From: Eledone cirrhosa
Taxonomy: Eukaryota
Direction of reading: 5' to 3'
DNA length: 64,000 bases
Assembly: GCA_964016885.1 (NCBI GenBank)
Contig: OZ024758.1
Coordinates: forward strand, 20,584,001 to 20,648,000
Position 1 is the first letter of the stretch. Each line of letters begins with the position of its first letter. A model generated the notes under the pieces. That model ran no database searches, had not been told where the DNA came from, and worked only from the letters and a program-made list of their open reading frames with translations. The translations under genes and the position numbers were made by a program. Below are positions 30,277 through 45,890 of the stretch, piece by piece.

Positions 30277-31589
30277 TATATATATATATATATATACAAA
30301 TCCGGATAAGGTTGTCGGCTGATAGAAAGTAGAAGTCAATACCGGGGAAGAGGTTTCATATTCACATCACATTATTCCAATTAAATACTGAGTCTTGTTA
30401 CTCTGGAGTTTCGTCTATTTATAACAGGGTTTTGAGATGGCTAATCACATTCAAGTATATATATAGATATATAATATATACGTGGAGGTTGATTTGCATG
30501 GACTGAACATAGTTAATTTAAGTTAAAAGCTGTTATGTTTTCCTGAGTAACTGATGGATGCATCAATACAACATCTGCAATTTCGACATATCCGAATCCC
30601 GTGAGCTTTACTTTAGACATTTTGCTTGTTATGGCGGACATCGGAGATATAGCGCCATGCAAATGTTGATTCTATATCTCTCAACTGCGCTTCATACATA
30701 GTTGAGAGATAGATATTGCTGTTTAGAGAGCTATTAGGGCGTATGCTTGCAATAGCGTAATCACCCACTATTGGGTCGTATTGTATTTATGAGACGCCTC
30801 AAAACCTATTGTTTGGTGTAAGGTCATCCTGTACACATTCCATATATCATATGTCTCAACACTCTCTAAACCCCCTTCTCAGACTCAGCACCATTTAACA
30901 TTATATCTTCAGGAAAGAGGTGAAGAAGCCTGATATATCCCTCAATGTTCTCGACTCCCATAATCAGCATGGCTGCTTGAAACTGCCTGTGCCTGACTCT
31001 TAGAATGTATTTATTGGCTCATCATAAACATTTGCAATCACTTTGGTTTACCTATAGGTCAGAGAAGTACGAAAACATTGCAAGGCTCACAAATTTATGT
31101 TTTGTCTTTACAAACATAACTTGACTTTTCCACACCACATATGACTTGCCCATGCACAATTCTAGCGATAGTGTGTTCTGAAATATTGAGCTTCTTAACA
31201 ATAGTGCCAATTCAATATCTGGGGTCGATATCGATGGTTCCCTGCAAGTTTTGTACAGTGGGTTTCGTCCTTATGATATTAGGACCTTACCAGTCGTATT
31301 ACGTTTAAGTACAAATTAGAATCCCCATCACGTCCTTCAAGCTGTGTGTGGATTTGACAACAAAAAGCTGCGCAAGTTATAGCAATCGCGCAATGTCTAG
31401 ATCACTATACATTGCGTTTAAGGCAAATATTACAGTAACCTTTTTATTTGCTGAGATATCATGTCTGCCATCATTTATGTGAACAGAAATAATAATCAAG
31501 ACGAATTAGAAAAAAAAAGTCAGAGCTATTAAAAGACTTGTTCACAAAGAACCGAGCAACCTTGTATTCGTACACACACATAACATAAA

Positions 31590-31660
<71 letters not shown>

Positions 31661-31723
31661 GTGCGTATGTGCGTGTGCGTATGTGTGCATCAGATCATCA
31701 TCGCATTATATCTATATACGGCA

Positions 31724-31804
<81 letters not shown>

Positions 31805-32627
31805 ATGTTTTTTTTATGTTCTATATTTTGTTTCTCATTACGCGACAGAACGGGACAGGGAATTGATTAACATGAATGAGGTTATTAATATACCAACCAT
31901 TTTACTCAGAATTCAATCAATGACAGAATTATTGTTTTCTTTAAATATCTTTCTTCCCAACCGAAATTGTATACATAGAGAAATCTCATCGCGATGTAAC
32001 TGAATATAGTAGCTTATTATTACTTAATGTAATCTTGATAGACTATACGTCACTCCAACGTTGTCTGCAAATCACCTGCTTTCTATTGTGTAATGTAATC
32101 CAAAGCCACTGAAGTTTCCTAATGCAAATTAAAGAAGATAGTCTGTATAGTAAGAAAGAGAACACCAACTTGAAATTGAATAGATATTCGCCTGGATTTA
32201 TCTAAGTACTCCCTTTGCATTATGGGTTGGGAATATATCATATAAAAGTCAAGAGTTATATTATAGTCTGATAAGAAATATAAACAAAAACATACACAGC
32301 AAAAAAAGAATGTTAGCTTACATTGGAACGATCAGCATTATGTTGTATATATTTAAATTTTAATATTTTCTTGTACATTGTTTTCGTTAAATTCAATGAT
32401 TTAGCGATTTTGTACTGGATGAATAGACATTTTTACATTAATAGGAATTCTTTTATTTCATTTATGGCATTGTCTCTCTCTGTCACAATGTCTTCTAGGT
32501 GCTGAAAACATCTATGGACAAAACATTTTCTTGAGATATACATATAGACGGCAAACTACTAAAACACAAACACATATATATTAAGCCTCGTTACACACAT
32601 CCTACCGAGGCAATATTAATCCCCATG

Positions 32628-32945
32628 AGGGTGGTGGATTGGTAGCATCCGTAGAGGGTCTGACGTCATGCTTTGCACCAAAGAGTTACTGTCATTTATG
32701 GTCTGAGTTCAAATCCCGCCGAGCTTAACTTTGCCTTTCACCTTGACGGGGTCGATAATATAATGTACCAGCAATACATTGGATAATTGCTGGCCTTGTG
32801 CCAAAAGTAGAAATAATTATTCCCCATGCATGAAAACTTCATTAAGTTTGCAAAAATATATATTGAATATAATTGTTTCTACTTTAGGCACATGTCCAAC
32901 AATTTCGGGAGGAGGGGAAAGTCGATTAAATAGAACCCAGTGCAT
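32628..32945. mobile_element. SINE (+) followed by an inverted SINE 3' fragment
   Basis: 32628-32820 is a forward copy; 32870-32945 is a reverse 3' piece. Confidence 0.8.
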
Positions 32946-34023
32946 TATATTAAAAATAATACCCCCCAAGTAACATAGAGTGGATTGCTGAGAATCGGCT
33001 GGTGCAAAGCAGTATATTGTATCTGCAAAGCATTATATTGTATCTGACAAAATGCTGTTGGAGATCCAATAATTTCAAAGGTTGATTTTCAGCTGAGTAT
33101 ATTGGAATAACATGAACTTGAGTGTTTGGTTCCTAGATATATCAGACAATCCAGGAATCGACTTCAACACTTTATGATCGTATGTGATATTCTGAACTTC
33201 CCAAGTATATTATGATCTAGTTTTACATAAAATATTTAATGATAATCATGTCATCTGATTCCATAATTGTGAATGCGTGATAAATATCATATATTGCTAC
33301 GCTCTAGGCAGAAATAGTTTCTCCCTAAATTATTTTCTAGTAAATAGGAAACCAATGCAAATAGTTATTGTCAGAAGTGGCACTGTGCACATGATATATT
33401 ATGTTCTGTCCCATTGAGAATTTTCATTGAGAGACATTAAGAAGTTTGTTAAACATATGTATTATTACATCTCAACACACAGAGTAGATTTCTATTGAAA
33501 ACTCAATACAAATCCTTTTCAATTAGAGTAATGGATATAAATCAATAAACGAGGTGAGGTTGAACAGCATTTAAGAAAAAAGGCTTTATAACAAGGATAA
33601 TACGAGTTTATTGTCATTAAAAATCCGATGCTGAAATGAAATAATAAGTAACATATTATCACAAGTCCCTTGGTATCCATGTTAAGATAATTATTTCAGC
33701 AGCTTTATATTTGCAAATAACTGATCAGTGAATCATATTATCTCCGTTAATGGTAATCGATAGAGCATTTCACTTCAGTGGTGACATCGTCCTATAATTA
33801 TAGAGAGATTGAGTATGTTGATATATATATATATATGTGTGTGTGTATGTGTGTGTGTATGCGTGTGTGTATGTGTGTGTGTGTGTGTGCATGTGTGTGT
33901 GTGTTTATGTGTGTGTGTGTGTACGTGTGTGTGTATGTGTGTGTGTAGCAAAAATACCAAGCAAAAAACAGCACAGCACATGAAAGAGATTTATTGATTT
34001 TAAGCTTGAAATAGCAGAAAAAG

Positions 34024-34062
34024 AATCTGAACGTTTCGGACACAAATCCTTCATCAAAAGGG
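34024..34062 (-). ncRNA. Partly decayed minimal hammerhead
   Basis: TTGATGA a GGA tttgtg TCC GAAACGTT; C3 changed to U and stem I is poor. Confidence 0.5.
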
Positions 34063-34183
34063 TGATTTAGAAAAAGAAGAAAAATGAGAAAGTAAAAAAT
34101 GATGAGAAGAAGCGGAGAAAATGATGAAGAGAATGGAGAGAGAAAAAACACACGTGCGTCATCAGTAGTCAATCTTAGCTTCG

Positions 34184-34216
<33 letters not shown>

Positions 34217-35119
34217 AGAGTGTTGTGTATGTTTGTGTGGGTGGATAAATAAATTACTTCATCGTGCAGTTCACACAATTCTCTCTACAAAATACATGTA
34301 ATAACTATAAAGAAATGTGTCATTAAATATATGGACAATTTCCCAGCCGAAGATATTCATTTCCAGACATGTGACAAATACATAAGCTATATTAACTTTC
34401 CTTTTTTTGCATGATGTCATACGAATATTATCATTCTGTTAAGCGTTCCCTTGGCTCGCATTACCGCTATTATTTCCTTTATTTTTTACATTCTCTTATT
34501 TTATATATCGTCAATCTGATACAAAACAGTGGAAACATCAAATTGAACAATGTACTCCAGAGACTATTAAGCGGCAAGAAAAATCTATTTATTTTTCCAT
34601 TAAGAATATATGAATGATTTACCCGCTGTCATATTTATATATAACAGTTTATATTCTTATTAAATACAAAATAAATCAGAGGTTATTAAGATTAATTTAA
34701 AACAAATTAATTATTAACCCTGTGCTTTTATTTATTATATAAAATCTCGATTAAATATTCAGGTTTCCTAATCAATCCTCATCTGCGTCTACTAACAGGA
34801 ACTCATCTGTGTGTTTTCTCTCTAAAGGGAGCTGTTTTATCGTAATGTGGAGGGTATACTTCTATTATCTTCTAAATTCTGACACAACATATTCTGATAT
34901 AATAATGGCATAACTACAAAGGCGTCTGCCCATGAAAGAAGAGGGTGAAACAGGAAGACGAAATGTATAAAGGCCATGGCGTGCTACGGATTGATGTTCT
35001 GAAACATCCAAGATCCGCAGTAAACAGCTGACGAAGGGAAACTTTTCTTCTCTTGTTTGTGCCCCGATTGCCTTCTAACACTCCGTTTTCAGTAACCAGA
35101 CAGCCTCGCCTCCTAACCC

Positions 35120-35219
<100 letters not shown>

Positions 35220-35731
35220 AACTTACTTAAGCGAGTACTTATCATGTATTTCATTTAGGTACATAGTATCTAGTATCGAATATTCTACGTTTTGTCAAGG
35301 CGGTATAAGTTGTTCTTCACAGCAAACCAGTTTCAGCTTTTATTGTTAGAGTTATTTGGATTGAGTACGTGTTCTTCCTTCACGTTTATTGAACCTTAAT
35401 ATTTTCTTTATATATAGCGATCGTATCCCTATACACGCACACATAATTCATTACCTGATTGATGTGAAGCAATGTACATGTCAACTAAATAAACTGTGAT
35501 AGGTTTTCCAGGATACTAGGCCCTGTACACAGATTAACATCCTCTCAAGTAAAAATACATTTTTAATTACTCTGTTTTCTATGTAATAAAACCTAATAGA
35601 AGTACCTGTTAATGCAATTTTATAGGATCCAGACTCCGTGACCATATTATTCAAACACTTCTGTCAATAATCTTGACTGGGAAAGATCCGTGATGGTTAA
35701 CATTAATCTAGTGCAAGCAATTGAACAAGCA

Positions 35732-35848
<117 letters not shown>

Positions 35849-35874
35849 TTATTAAAATAACAGATTAAAGTTTA

Positions 35875-35927
<53 letters not shown>

Positions 35928-36245
35928 ATATAGACAAAGGCAACTATATTTATAAAACCATATTTATTTCATTATACATATTTCAAGGACACCAAGTTAA
36001 ATTATGGTGTGCTTTCATGAGATGAAATATTATATAGACCAGTTTTATAAATAAATATTGACATACCCTTAAATAATCCAACAGTAATGGTTGCATTATT
36101 TAAGGGTATGTGAATATTTATTTATAAAACTGCTCTATATTATATTTTATCTAATGAAAGCACACCATAATTTAACTTCGTGTCCTTGAAATATGTATAA
36201 TGAAATAATTATGGTTTTATAAATATAGTTTCCATTTGTCAATAT
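35928..36245. mobile_element. Family A element as a near-perfect palindrome (~140-150-bp arms, 7-nt loop)
   Basis: The arms mirror around 36083-36089. Each arm holds the family A hammerhead with G5 altered (CTCATGA on minus, CTAATGA on plus). Confidence 0.85.
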
Positions 36246-36325
36246 CGTATTTTTACTCCAATTATTTGTTGAGTGCTTTATAAAAATATTTGCTTGTTGT
36301 ATCCCAACAATTTAAATAGAACTTT

Positions 36326-36372
<47 letters not shown>

Positions 36373-36920
36373 GTGTGTATATAACAACTTGAATTAAAAG
36401 AATTAAAATAATATCCCTAACCCCCAGGAAGATTAACAATTGAAATTAAGTTAGATGCAAAAAGGAATATGTTCATAAATAAACATTATTTGGTCACATA
36501 ACATGAGAGTATCTTAGTAAGTCTATGAACATTTCAGTAAACCCTCGTATGCGAAACACATCTCACACGAATGCCTAAATGTATTTAAATGCCTCGGTGA
36601 CTTTCCCATATGTGAATCGAAAGATTAGGATTTTCCTAGTCATGTGAATAATTACCCCACCGCAAGGAAGACAAGAACTATTTATTCTATATGTTCTGTC
36701 CTATAAGAATACCACACAGGATAGTTAAAGTTTGTAAGAAAATAAAGTCACATTATTTAATGCCCTTACATTTTATTATAAAAATGTAATTAAGAGAAAT
36801 AATTTATTTACCTAATTAAATAACGTGTGTGCAACGCTATAAATTTACATTTAAAAAGAAATCTCCTTCAGGTGAGGTTGCAAAAACTAACACACCCGCA
36901 GAAATACAAACGTATATATA

Positions 36921-37035
<115 letters not shown>

Positions 37036-37309
37036 TAGATAGATACAAACCAATCAACCACACACATGTGTGTGTATGTGTGTGAGTGTGTCGTGTGTCT
37101 CTGTATCACTGTGTGTGCGCGCGCGTAAAATATAAACAGAAATAACAAATTTACTAAAGCAAAGGGAAAAAATATATTAGTTCAACGGTCTAAATACATA
37201 TATATATATATATATATATATATGTGCGTGTGTGTGTATGTGTGTGTATTTGTGCGTGTGTGTGTTTGTATGTTTATATATATATATACATAACATATAT
37301 ATATATAAT

Positions 37310-37395
<86 letters not shown>

Positions 37396-37562
37396 ATTAT
37401 ATATATATATAAATATATATAAAATATATATATATATAAAATATATATAAAATATATATATATATAAAATATATATTAAAATATATATATATATAAAATA
37501 TATATATATATATATATAAAATATATATAAAATATATATAAAATATATATATATATATATAT

Positions 37563-37631
<69 letters not shown>

Positions 37632-37669
37632 GCATAATATATATATATATTATATATATATATATATGC

Positions 37670-37862
<193 letters not shown>

Positions 37863-37953
37863 TATATATATATATATAAAATATATATATATATATATAT
37901 ATAAATAAAATATTATATATATATATATATAAAATATATATATATATATATAT

Positions 37954-38031
<78 letters not shown>

Positions 38032-38049
38032 TATATATATATAAAATAT

Positions 38050-38080
<31 letters not shown>

Positions 38081-38147
38081 GCATAATATATATATATATT
38101 ATATATATATATATATATGCATAATATATATTATATATATATATATT

Positions 38148-38181
<34 letters not shown>

Positions 38182-38197
38182 ATATATATATATATAT

Positions 38198-38458
<261 letters not shown>

Positions 38459-39767
38459 CATGTGTGTGTGTATGGAGAAAAACAACCAGTGAAGCAGCTA
38501 TACATGATAATACATAATATACGTTATTTTGTAAGCAACACGCCAGCAGTCACTAATAGATTGATCTGTATTGATTTTCTGTAGTTTTTACAAAGTTGTC
38601 TTTAAGGCTAAGTGAGAAAAATGCGATTCTCATTGTTTTTGATGAATTCTTCTTTAAAATCTGTGTTTTGTAATGTTATTTTCTTTCCATATGAACTGTG
38701 CATGCTAACCTACTATAAAAAATATATAAAAACAAACTCGTTTGTTACTTTTTCTATTATTTTCGAACTACGATGTAAACGGAGATCTCATGGAATATTT
38801 AGCATGTCAATATTGAAAGACATATTCCCCGAAGCAAAGCATTCAATACATAATTGATCCCAAATTAAAACATTTCGTGAAATCTAATTTAACGGAATAT
38901 ATCGTTATTTCTAATATACAACGTTCGCAACACTTTCTCCCGATGTTCTATTTGCTCCTAATCTCTGTTATCGTTAATATATATATATATATGTGTAAAT
39001 ATGATAATCATGGAGCTGCGGCGCTGCAAATGGGTTACATATGAAAAAGTGTGTCCTCATCAGTGGCCTCCCAGCCGTCGTAAGCATTTCGTCGCATTAA
39101 AGGCCATATACCTCAGGTTGGTGCGAGCAACGGCTAAAAAAAAGTCGTAGGGACACGTAAATACAGGGGACGCTAGGGTAACCAAACAAAATGGTTAAAG
39201 CAACAGAAAGTGATGAAGAAGGAAACAAGTCCCAGATTTCTATGAATATAAATTCGGTGGAATCGTGAACGAGAGAATAAAGACCATCAAACCTGGTTGA
39301 AATGTGAGCAAGGACGGAATTTCGCACAGGTCTAACGGGAGGAAGAAGGGGTCTGGTCTGCGAATTCGGTAAACGTAAGTTCTAGAGAGAGAATAAGAAA
39401 AAGCGAAGTAGTTTTAGATGTTAAAGTCCTTTAATAATAATGTTGTGATACATATTACATATGTTTCTCATATATATCTCCTATCTCATTTTACATATGT
39501 ATCTCCAACCTCATTTTGAATATATGTAGTTTATGTATTTTTTGTATTTTTTGTATGTTACATTTTTCATATTTTCTTTTGTTGCATGGGTTAGAGATAT
39601 TAACTATGTATTCGCCTAACTACTACGCTTCATACTGTCATTTACCATCCGTTCCACCGTACGATACTATCGTTTAATATGTAGATAATATATCTGTAAC
39701 ATTGATCCCGTTTTCAAACCTTCTTACTATAACTTAAACATCTCCCTATTTATTAGGTATTGTAAAG

Positions 39768-40198
39768 TGCGGTGTATTGGCAGTATCGGTAGAGTGTCGC
39801 ACGTCATGCTTTGACGCATAGAGTTACGGCCCTTGCCATTGTGAGTTCAAATCCCGCCGAGGTTAACATTGCCTTTCATCCTTACGGGGTCAATAAAATA
39901 AAGTACCAGTAATAAAGGAACGATCGACTTTCGTCAAATCGGACCGAGGGAACAATGTTTCCGTTGGTCTTTCCAATTGCTAATACTATCAATCGGTCGC
40001 AACTCCAGGTAGTGAAGGCGTGTGGCGGAGTGGTTAGAGAATTGGATTCGCAATCGTAAGGTTGTGAGTTCGATTCCTGGACCAGGCGAAGTGTTATGAC
40101 CTTGAGCAAGACACTTTATTTCACATTGCTCCTTCTACCCTGAGTACCAGTAATACATTGGTAAATGATGGCCTTGTGCCAAAAGTAGAAACAATTAT
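39768..40198 (+). mobile_element. SINE interrupted by an insert carrying a second tRNA-derived SINE head
   Basis: The host SINE is split at a 13-bp duplication AGTACCAGTAATA (39902-39914, 40143-40155). The insert has A-box TGGCGGAGTGG and B-box GTTCGATTCC, then ccttgagcaagacactt. Confidence 0.8.
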
Positions 40199-40850
40199 AT
40201 GTACATATATTTTTTACTTACTTCAATCTAGATTCTAACTAGATCATTTCTTTAATTTTTGATTTTTCATTTTTTAATTTTTAGTGTTAATTTCCAAGTC
40301 TCATTCATAATTTCCACTGTGAAACCATAATACCTAGAAATAAGTATATATTCTCTTAGCATTTGATGGTCAATTCTACTGTCTATGCTTATTTAGGGCA
40401 AGTATTGAGACCTATTGATACTCACATACTCACACCCCCACTAGCTTTCGGTCGGCTGCCACAAACAGGGTGGCTTGCAGTAGCTATAACCGTGTCATAT
40501 TACACGCCTGGATGGGGTCATTGTTTGGGTGAGAGCGGGACCTGCCTAGAAGAGTTTCGTAGCACTCTGCCGTAGTTGATGGTCAACTTCCTTCGGACTT
40601 GCGCCTGCGCAGACCGGTGGCGGTGAATTGGGACTCACAAGGGAACGGGCGAAGAACTCAAGAGCACACGCATTGTCCGTTCCCATGTCGATTCAATTTG
40701 GATTGCCTCGGAAACATAACCTTATTATGTAACAAGCTATCTGATGATGTCACGGAACCGGGCACACCGAACCGTGTGGCCACTGTTGTCATTATTATAG
40801 CAGTATTATTGAGAAGGACTGAAACTACTTCGCTTTTTGTTAATCTATAT

Positions 40851-40907
<57 letters not shown>

Positions 40908-40998
40908 AGGAATTTATATCTAGTAACATCTATATACACACAGATGCATATCAATATATATATTTATATATATATATTATCTTTAATATATATATATA

Positions 40999-41056
<58 letters not shown>

Positions 41057-41057
41057 C

Positions 41058-41104
<47 letters not shown>

Positions 41105-41252
41105 AAGTTATATTTAAAATTGTTGGGTTACAACTAGTAAATATTTATAACTGATATAAAAGCACTCGACAAATATTTGGAGTATATTTACAATATTAAA
41201 TAAATGGAAAACTGTATGTCGAATATATTTATCTATAAAACTGTTTATATTG

Positions 41253-41318
41253 TATTTTGTCTGATGAAGGTATAGCATATTGTTAATATGATATCCCCGA
41301 AATATATATAATGAAATA
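41253..41318 (+). ncRNA. Minimal type I hammerhead ribozyme (family A), intact core
   Basis: TATTTTGT CTGATGA aGG..CATATT gtt AATATG..CCcc GAAA TATATA TA ATGAAATA, within a (TA)n-flanked element 41108-41362 with partial inverted ends. Confidence 0.72.
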
Positions 41319-41356
41319 AATATGGTTTTATAAATATAGTTTTCCATTTATTTAAT

Positions 41357-41394
<38 letters not shown>

Positions 41395-41395
41395 C

Positions 41396-41478
<83 letters not shown>

Positions 41479-41664
41479 AATGTATATATATTTCCGTTCA
41501 TATCTCAATTATTGTCTTAGAATTATGATCGTCTGCAATGTTTAAAACATATTTCATGGTGAATAAATATATTTATGAAATCATTTCACATTTGTTACCC
41601 TGGGAACATTTCCATACATATTTTCGTATAATAATCTCTCGCTACGAACCATTATTTATGTAAA

Positions 41665-41798
41665 TGCGGTCCTTGCCATTCTGAGTTCAAATCCCGCCGA
41701 GGTTAACTTTGCCTTTCATCTTTCCGGGGTCAATAAAATAAAGTACCAGTATTGCACTGGTGTATTGCTGGCTTTATGCCAAAATTTGAAACAGTTAT
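41665..41798 (+). mobile_element. 5'-truncated SINE
   Basis: Match to the 337-528 family. Confidence 0.8.
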
Positions 41799-42027
41799 TT
41801 CTGTTTATACTGTTAACATGATATATATTTAGGAATCTAGTTGGATATTTTTTAGTTATCGTTTAATCTTGGCCTCAAAATTGTTAAAACATTTGCCGCC
41901 AAGAAAGCATAAGTGAAACTGAGAGGTAAGAGCTTACAGTCAGAAGAAATAAAGCCGTGCTCTTATATGTATGATGTTTCCACCCTCTCTTCAAATGTTT
42001 TATCAATCGTGGTATCTACTACTACAA

Positions 42028-42060
42028 TTGTAGTAGTAGTTTTCTTAGTAGTAGTAGTAT

Positions 42061-42094
<34 letters not shown>

Positions 42095-42229
42095 GGCAGT
42101 AATAGTAGTAGAAGTAGTAGTAGCAGTGATATTAGTAGTAGTAGTAGTATTATCAGTAGTAGTAGTGGTAGGGATAGTAGTATCAGTAGTAGTAGTAGTA
42201 GTAGCAGCAGCAGCAGCAGCAACAGCAGC

Positions 42230-42276
<47 letters not shown>

Positions 42277-42307
42277 CAGTAGTAGTAGTAGTAGTAGTAG
42301 TAGTAGT
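42028..42307. repeat. (TAG)n/(CAG)n trinucleotide microsatellite
   Basis: Direct reading; explains the poly-V/T/L ORFs. Confidence 0.95.
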
Positions 42308-43075
42308 TTTGTTACCATATTTTACGTTTTCCATATATATTGATTCTGTTTAGTTTAACTTTTAGTCGTTACAGTTTGCAATTAAGCCGATGTGTACTGA
42401 ATGTGTATCGAGGAGTCAATTAGCAATATATAGCTAAAATCAATGTTTGTCATTGTATAGTACTGCGTAGAAATTGTCACCTTCCTTGCTATAGAATCCA
42501 AGTCAATATATTTTACCAAGCCATATTTATTTCTCTATTGCGATTGGACAGGAGAAATTGTATAGTGTGATCAATTATTGATTAAGTGCAAATAATTATA
42601 TTGTTTTCTCGATGAACATTAATGTCCATATGTCTAATCTTACCCATTAAAGATTTGTCTTGCTTCCTTTTTTTTTTTCCTTTTCCCACCATGTTCATAG
42701 AAAGTTCGGACAATGTCTGGTTGTCGTGTTTGCTAGCTATTCCTCTTTTCAACGTGTATCTTTTGTGGTTTTATTTGTTATTCGTTAACATGACATATTT
42801 GATAAAATAGAGGTCTGGTCATTGCAGGACACCCGTGTCCTTTTTAAGAGAAACTTGATAAACAGAAACGAACTGCCACAAAATTAGAAGATATTTCGTC
42901 TGTGTCCTTTCTCCTTTTATTTGTAATAAACCTATATTGCAACAATAGAAAGTGTGTAATGTTAGAGCTTTTGTTTCAGTGGTTAGTGTAGTATCACTTT
43001 CAGATTTTCGTTTGAGTTCATCATGGTGTGTTTGTATTGATAATTATAGTGGTGTCGGATGCTCTACCGATGCTG

Positions 43076-43420
43076 TAATTAATTGCTTCTACTTTTGGCA
43101 AAAGGCCAGCAATTATCTTACTGCTTTACTCGTATCTTATTTTATCTACTCTGTAAAAATGAAGGCACATTTAACCATGGTGGAATTTGAGATTGTAAAA
43201 AGCCATACCTATATGCTGAAAAGCTACTATAAATAATGGTTTCTTATATAAAACCACAAGGCCAACAATTTTTTGGGAGGGGCAAGCCGATTTAATCGGC
43301 CACAGTGCATGGCTGGTACTTTATTTTATCGACCCCATAAGGACGAAAAGCAAAATTAACCTCGTTGGGTTTTGAAATCAGACCGTAAAGGGACATACCT
43401 TTGTGCTGCAAAGTTATTGT
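43076..43420 (-). mobile_element. Two tandem minus-strand SINE copies
   Basis: aattgcttctacttttggcaaaaggccagc and ctggtactttattttatcgacccc. Confidence 0.75.
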
Positions 43421-44605
43421 CAATAATATCAATGTATCTGTATGTTTTATGCAACGTAGGACATTAATATTAATGTGTATTATATTAAATATAAATCTCC
43501 GATTCTTATATTAGCCAGATCGAAATTCTTGTTTCAGAAATAATAACTTATAGGACCAGATTACAAATTATTATTTTCACTTTCCTGTGAAGTTTCGACC
43601 ACGCAAAGAAATTTTGAATTGATATACCTATATACAGAGTAGGTTTTCGCTTCTATTTTAGAAATGATTTACATCAAATGATTCAGTAATTATGCAGTAA
43701 GTTTAGCTGGAAGCTTCAACACTTAAACATTATGAAAACGGCAAATATATGCCAAAAATTTAAATATATTCGGCCTAATTAATTCATGTTAATTATCGCT
43801 GAGAGACCGGAATATATTTAGTTACTTTCAAGCATGAGTTTTCTAACAAATTCTAACGTTTATTCTAATCTTATAAGTTTCAAGGAGTTTAGAAGTATTT
43901 CCTTAAGAAATAGAAAATATTCGTAAACATTAAATAAGCTGATTTTAGATATATTGTATATGTTGTACGTTGGGTATCAAAAAATGCATTAAAATTCACT
44001 GCGAATTCAGTAAAGAATATTATAATGAAATTGACGATTAAATTATTTTCTTGTCCCTATGTAGAGAAAGGAAGTTGAATTTTTTAGTAGATTTTGAAAA
44101 CTGTAACTATGGCTAAGTTATATGAATTAAATATATTGAGTAGGTGAAGTGTCAAGAGAAAATGTGAAACATTACAGTAAACTATAGAATATTAACCCTC
44201 ACATGTGGAAGACAAGAAATATCCACCCATAGCTTCTTGAATTATACTCCTCTTATATGATAGAGCGGTAATGAAATAAAATAAGGGAAACGTTGTCAGT
44301 ATATAATTGCTCAAACCCTTTGTATATCTGTTAAGATATCGTGTATATTTAAGTTTAAAGTACGTTGCTAAACACGTCAATTGAGGCAGGATATGTCGAG
44401 TCAAAGTACATGATCCGAAGAAATGTATATTATAAAGATAAAGCTAGTTGTATGTGTGCAGACTAGTGTTTGTGGGTAGTAGAACTATTTGAAGAACGGC
44501 GGTAGTAAAATCACTTCAGACATGTAATTGGGAAGATATTAGATATCGAAATGTTGTTCACCGCTTCGAATGCAATGATGATGTGCCGGTGAAGATACGC
44601 TGTAC

Positions 44606-44655
<50 letters not shown>

Positions 44656-44686
44656 ATATATATGTATGTATATATATATATGTATG

Positions 44687-44771
<85 letters not shown>

Positions 44772-44790
44772 GTATATATATATATGTATG

Positions 44791-44865
<75 letters not shown>

Positions 44866-44870
44866 GTATG

Positions 44871-44925
<55 letters not shown>

Positions 44926-44930
44926 GTATG

Positions 44931-44987
<57 letters not shown>

Positions 44988-44992
44988 GTATG

Positions 44993-45023
<31 letters not shown>

Positions 45024-45028
45024 GTATG

Positions 45029-45091
<63 letters not shown>

Positions 45092-45100
45092 GTATGTATA

Positions 45101-45135
<35 letters not shown>

Positions 45136-45140
45136 GTATG

Positions 45141-45182
<42 letters not shown>

Positions 45183-45208
45183 TATGTATGTATATATATA
45201 TATGTATG

Positions 45209-45312
<104 letters not shown>

Positions 45313-45320
45313 TATGTATG

Positions 45321-45360
<40 letters not shown>

Positions 45361-45368
45361 CATACATA

Positions 45369-45402
<34 letters not shown>

Positions 45403-45407
45403 CATAC

Positions 45408-45461
<54 letters not shown>

Positions 45462-45492
45462 GTATATGTATGTATAAATATATATATGTATA

Positions 45493-45549
<57 letters not shown>

Positions 45550-45550
45550 T

Positions 45551-45600
<50 letters not shown>

Positions 45601-45601
<1 letters not shown>

Positions 45602-45890
45602 TAGAAAGTGAGGTTTTTTTTACAAAATGAAAAATAACCGAGGTGTCCTACACGAGTGAAAGTATAAAGAAAAAGAGATGAAATCGAAAATGCAACTGGA
45701 GTCTTATTTTTAAAAAAAAAATATATATTTATTTGGTTCCTTTACCGGTTTCGCAGTTCTTCTGCTTTTCAAAAGGTGAGTTGAGATGGAGGGTCTGTGG
45801 TTTTTCAAAAACCACAGACACTCCATCTCAACTCACCTCCAGTTGCATTTTCGATTTCATCTCTTTTTCTTTATTATCTTAGTTTTTTCG
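45601..45890. mobile_element. Fold-back element (family G)
   Basis: Perfect 38-bp inverted repeat 45664-45701 / 45837-45874 and an inner ~32-bp hairpin 45774-45838. Relative at 50918-51145. Confidence 0.8.
45739..45776 (-). ncRNA. Compact hammerhead with U3-A8 core variant (family G)
   Basis: CCTT TTGAAAA GCAG aagaa CTGC GAAA CCGG TA AAGG. All stems perfect, palindromic ACCGGT, GUA triplet. Confidence 0.75.

Noticed and set aside
32499-32584. Candidate exons after pyrimidine tracts (also 14757 and 52581)
   Set aside because: No consistent donor sites or phases and no recognisable protein.
40012-40090. tRNA-like sequence
   Set aside because: A and B boxes are present but there is no proper acceptor stem, and it runs into a SINE body.
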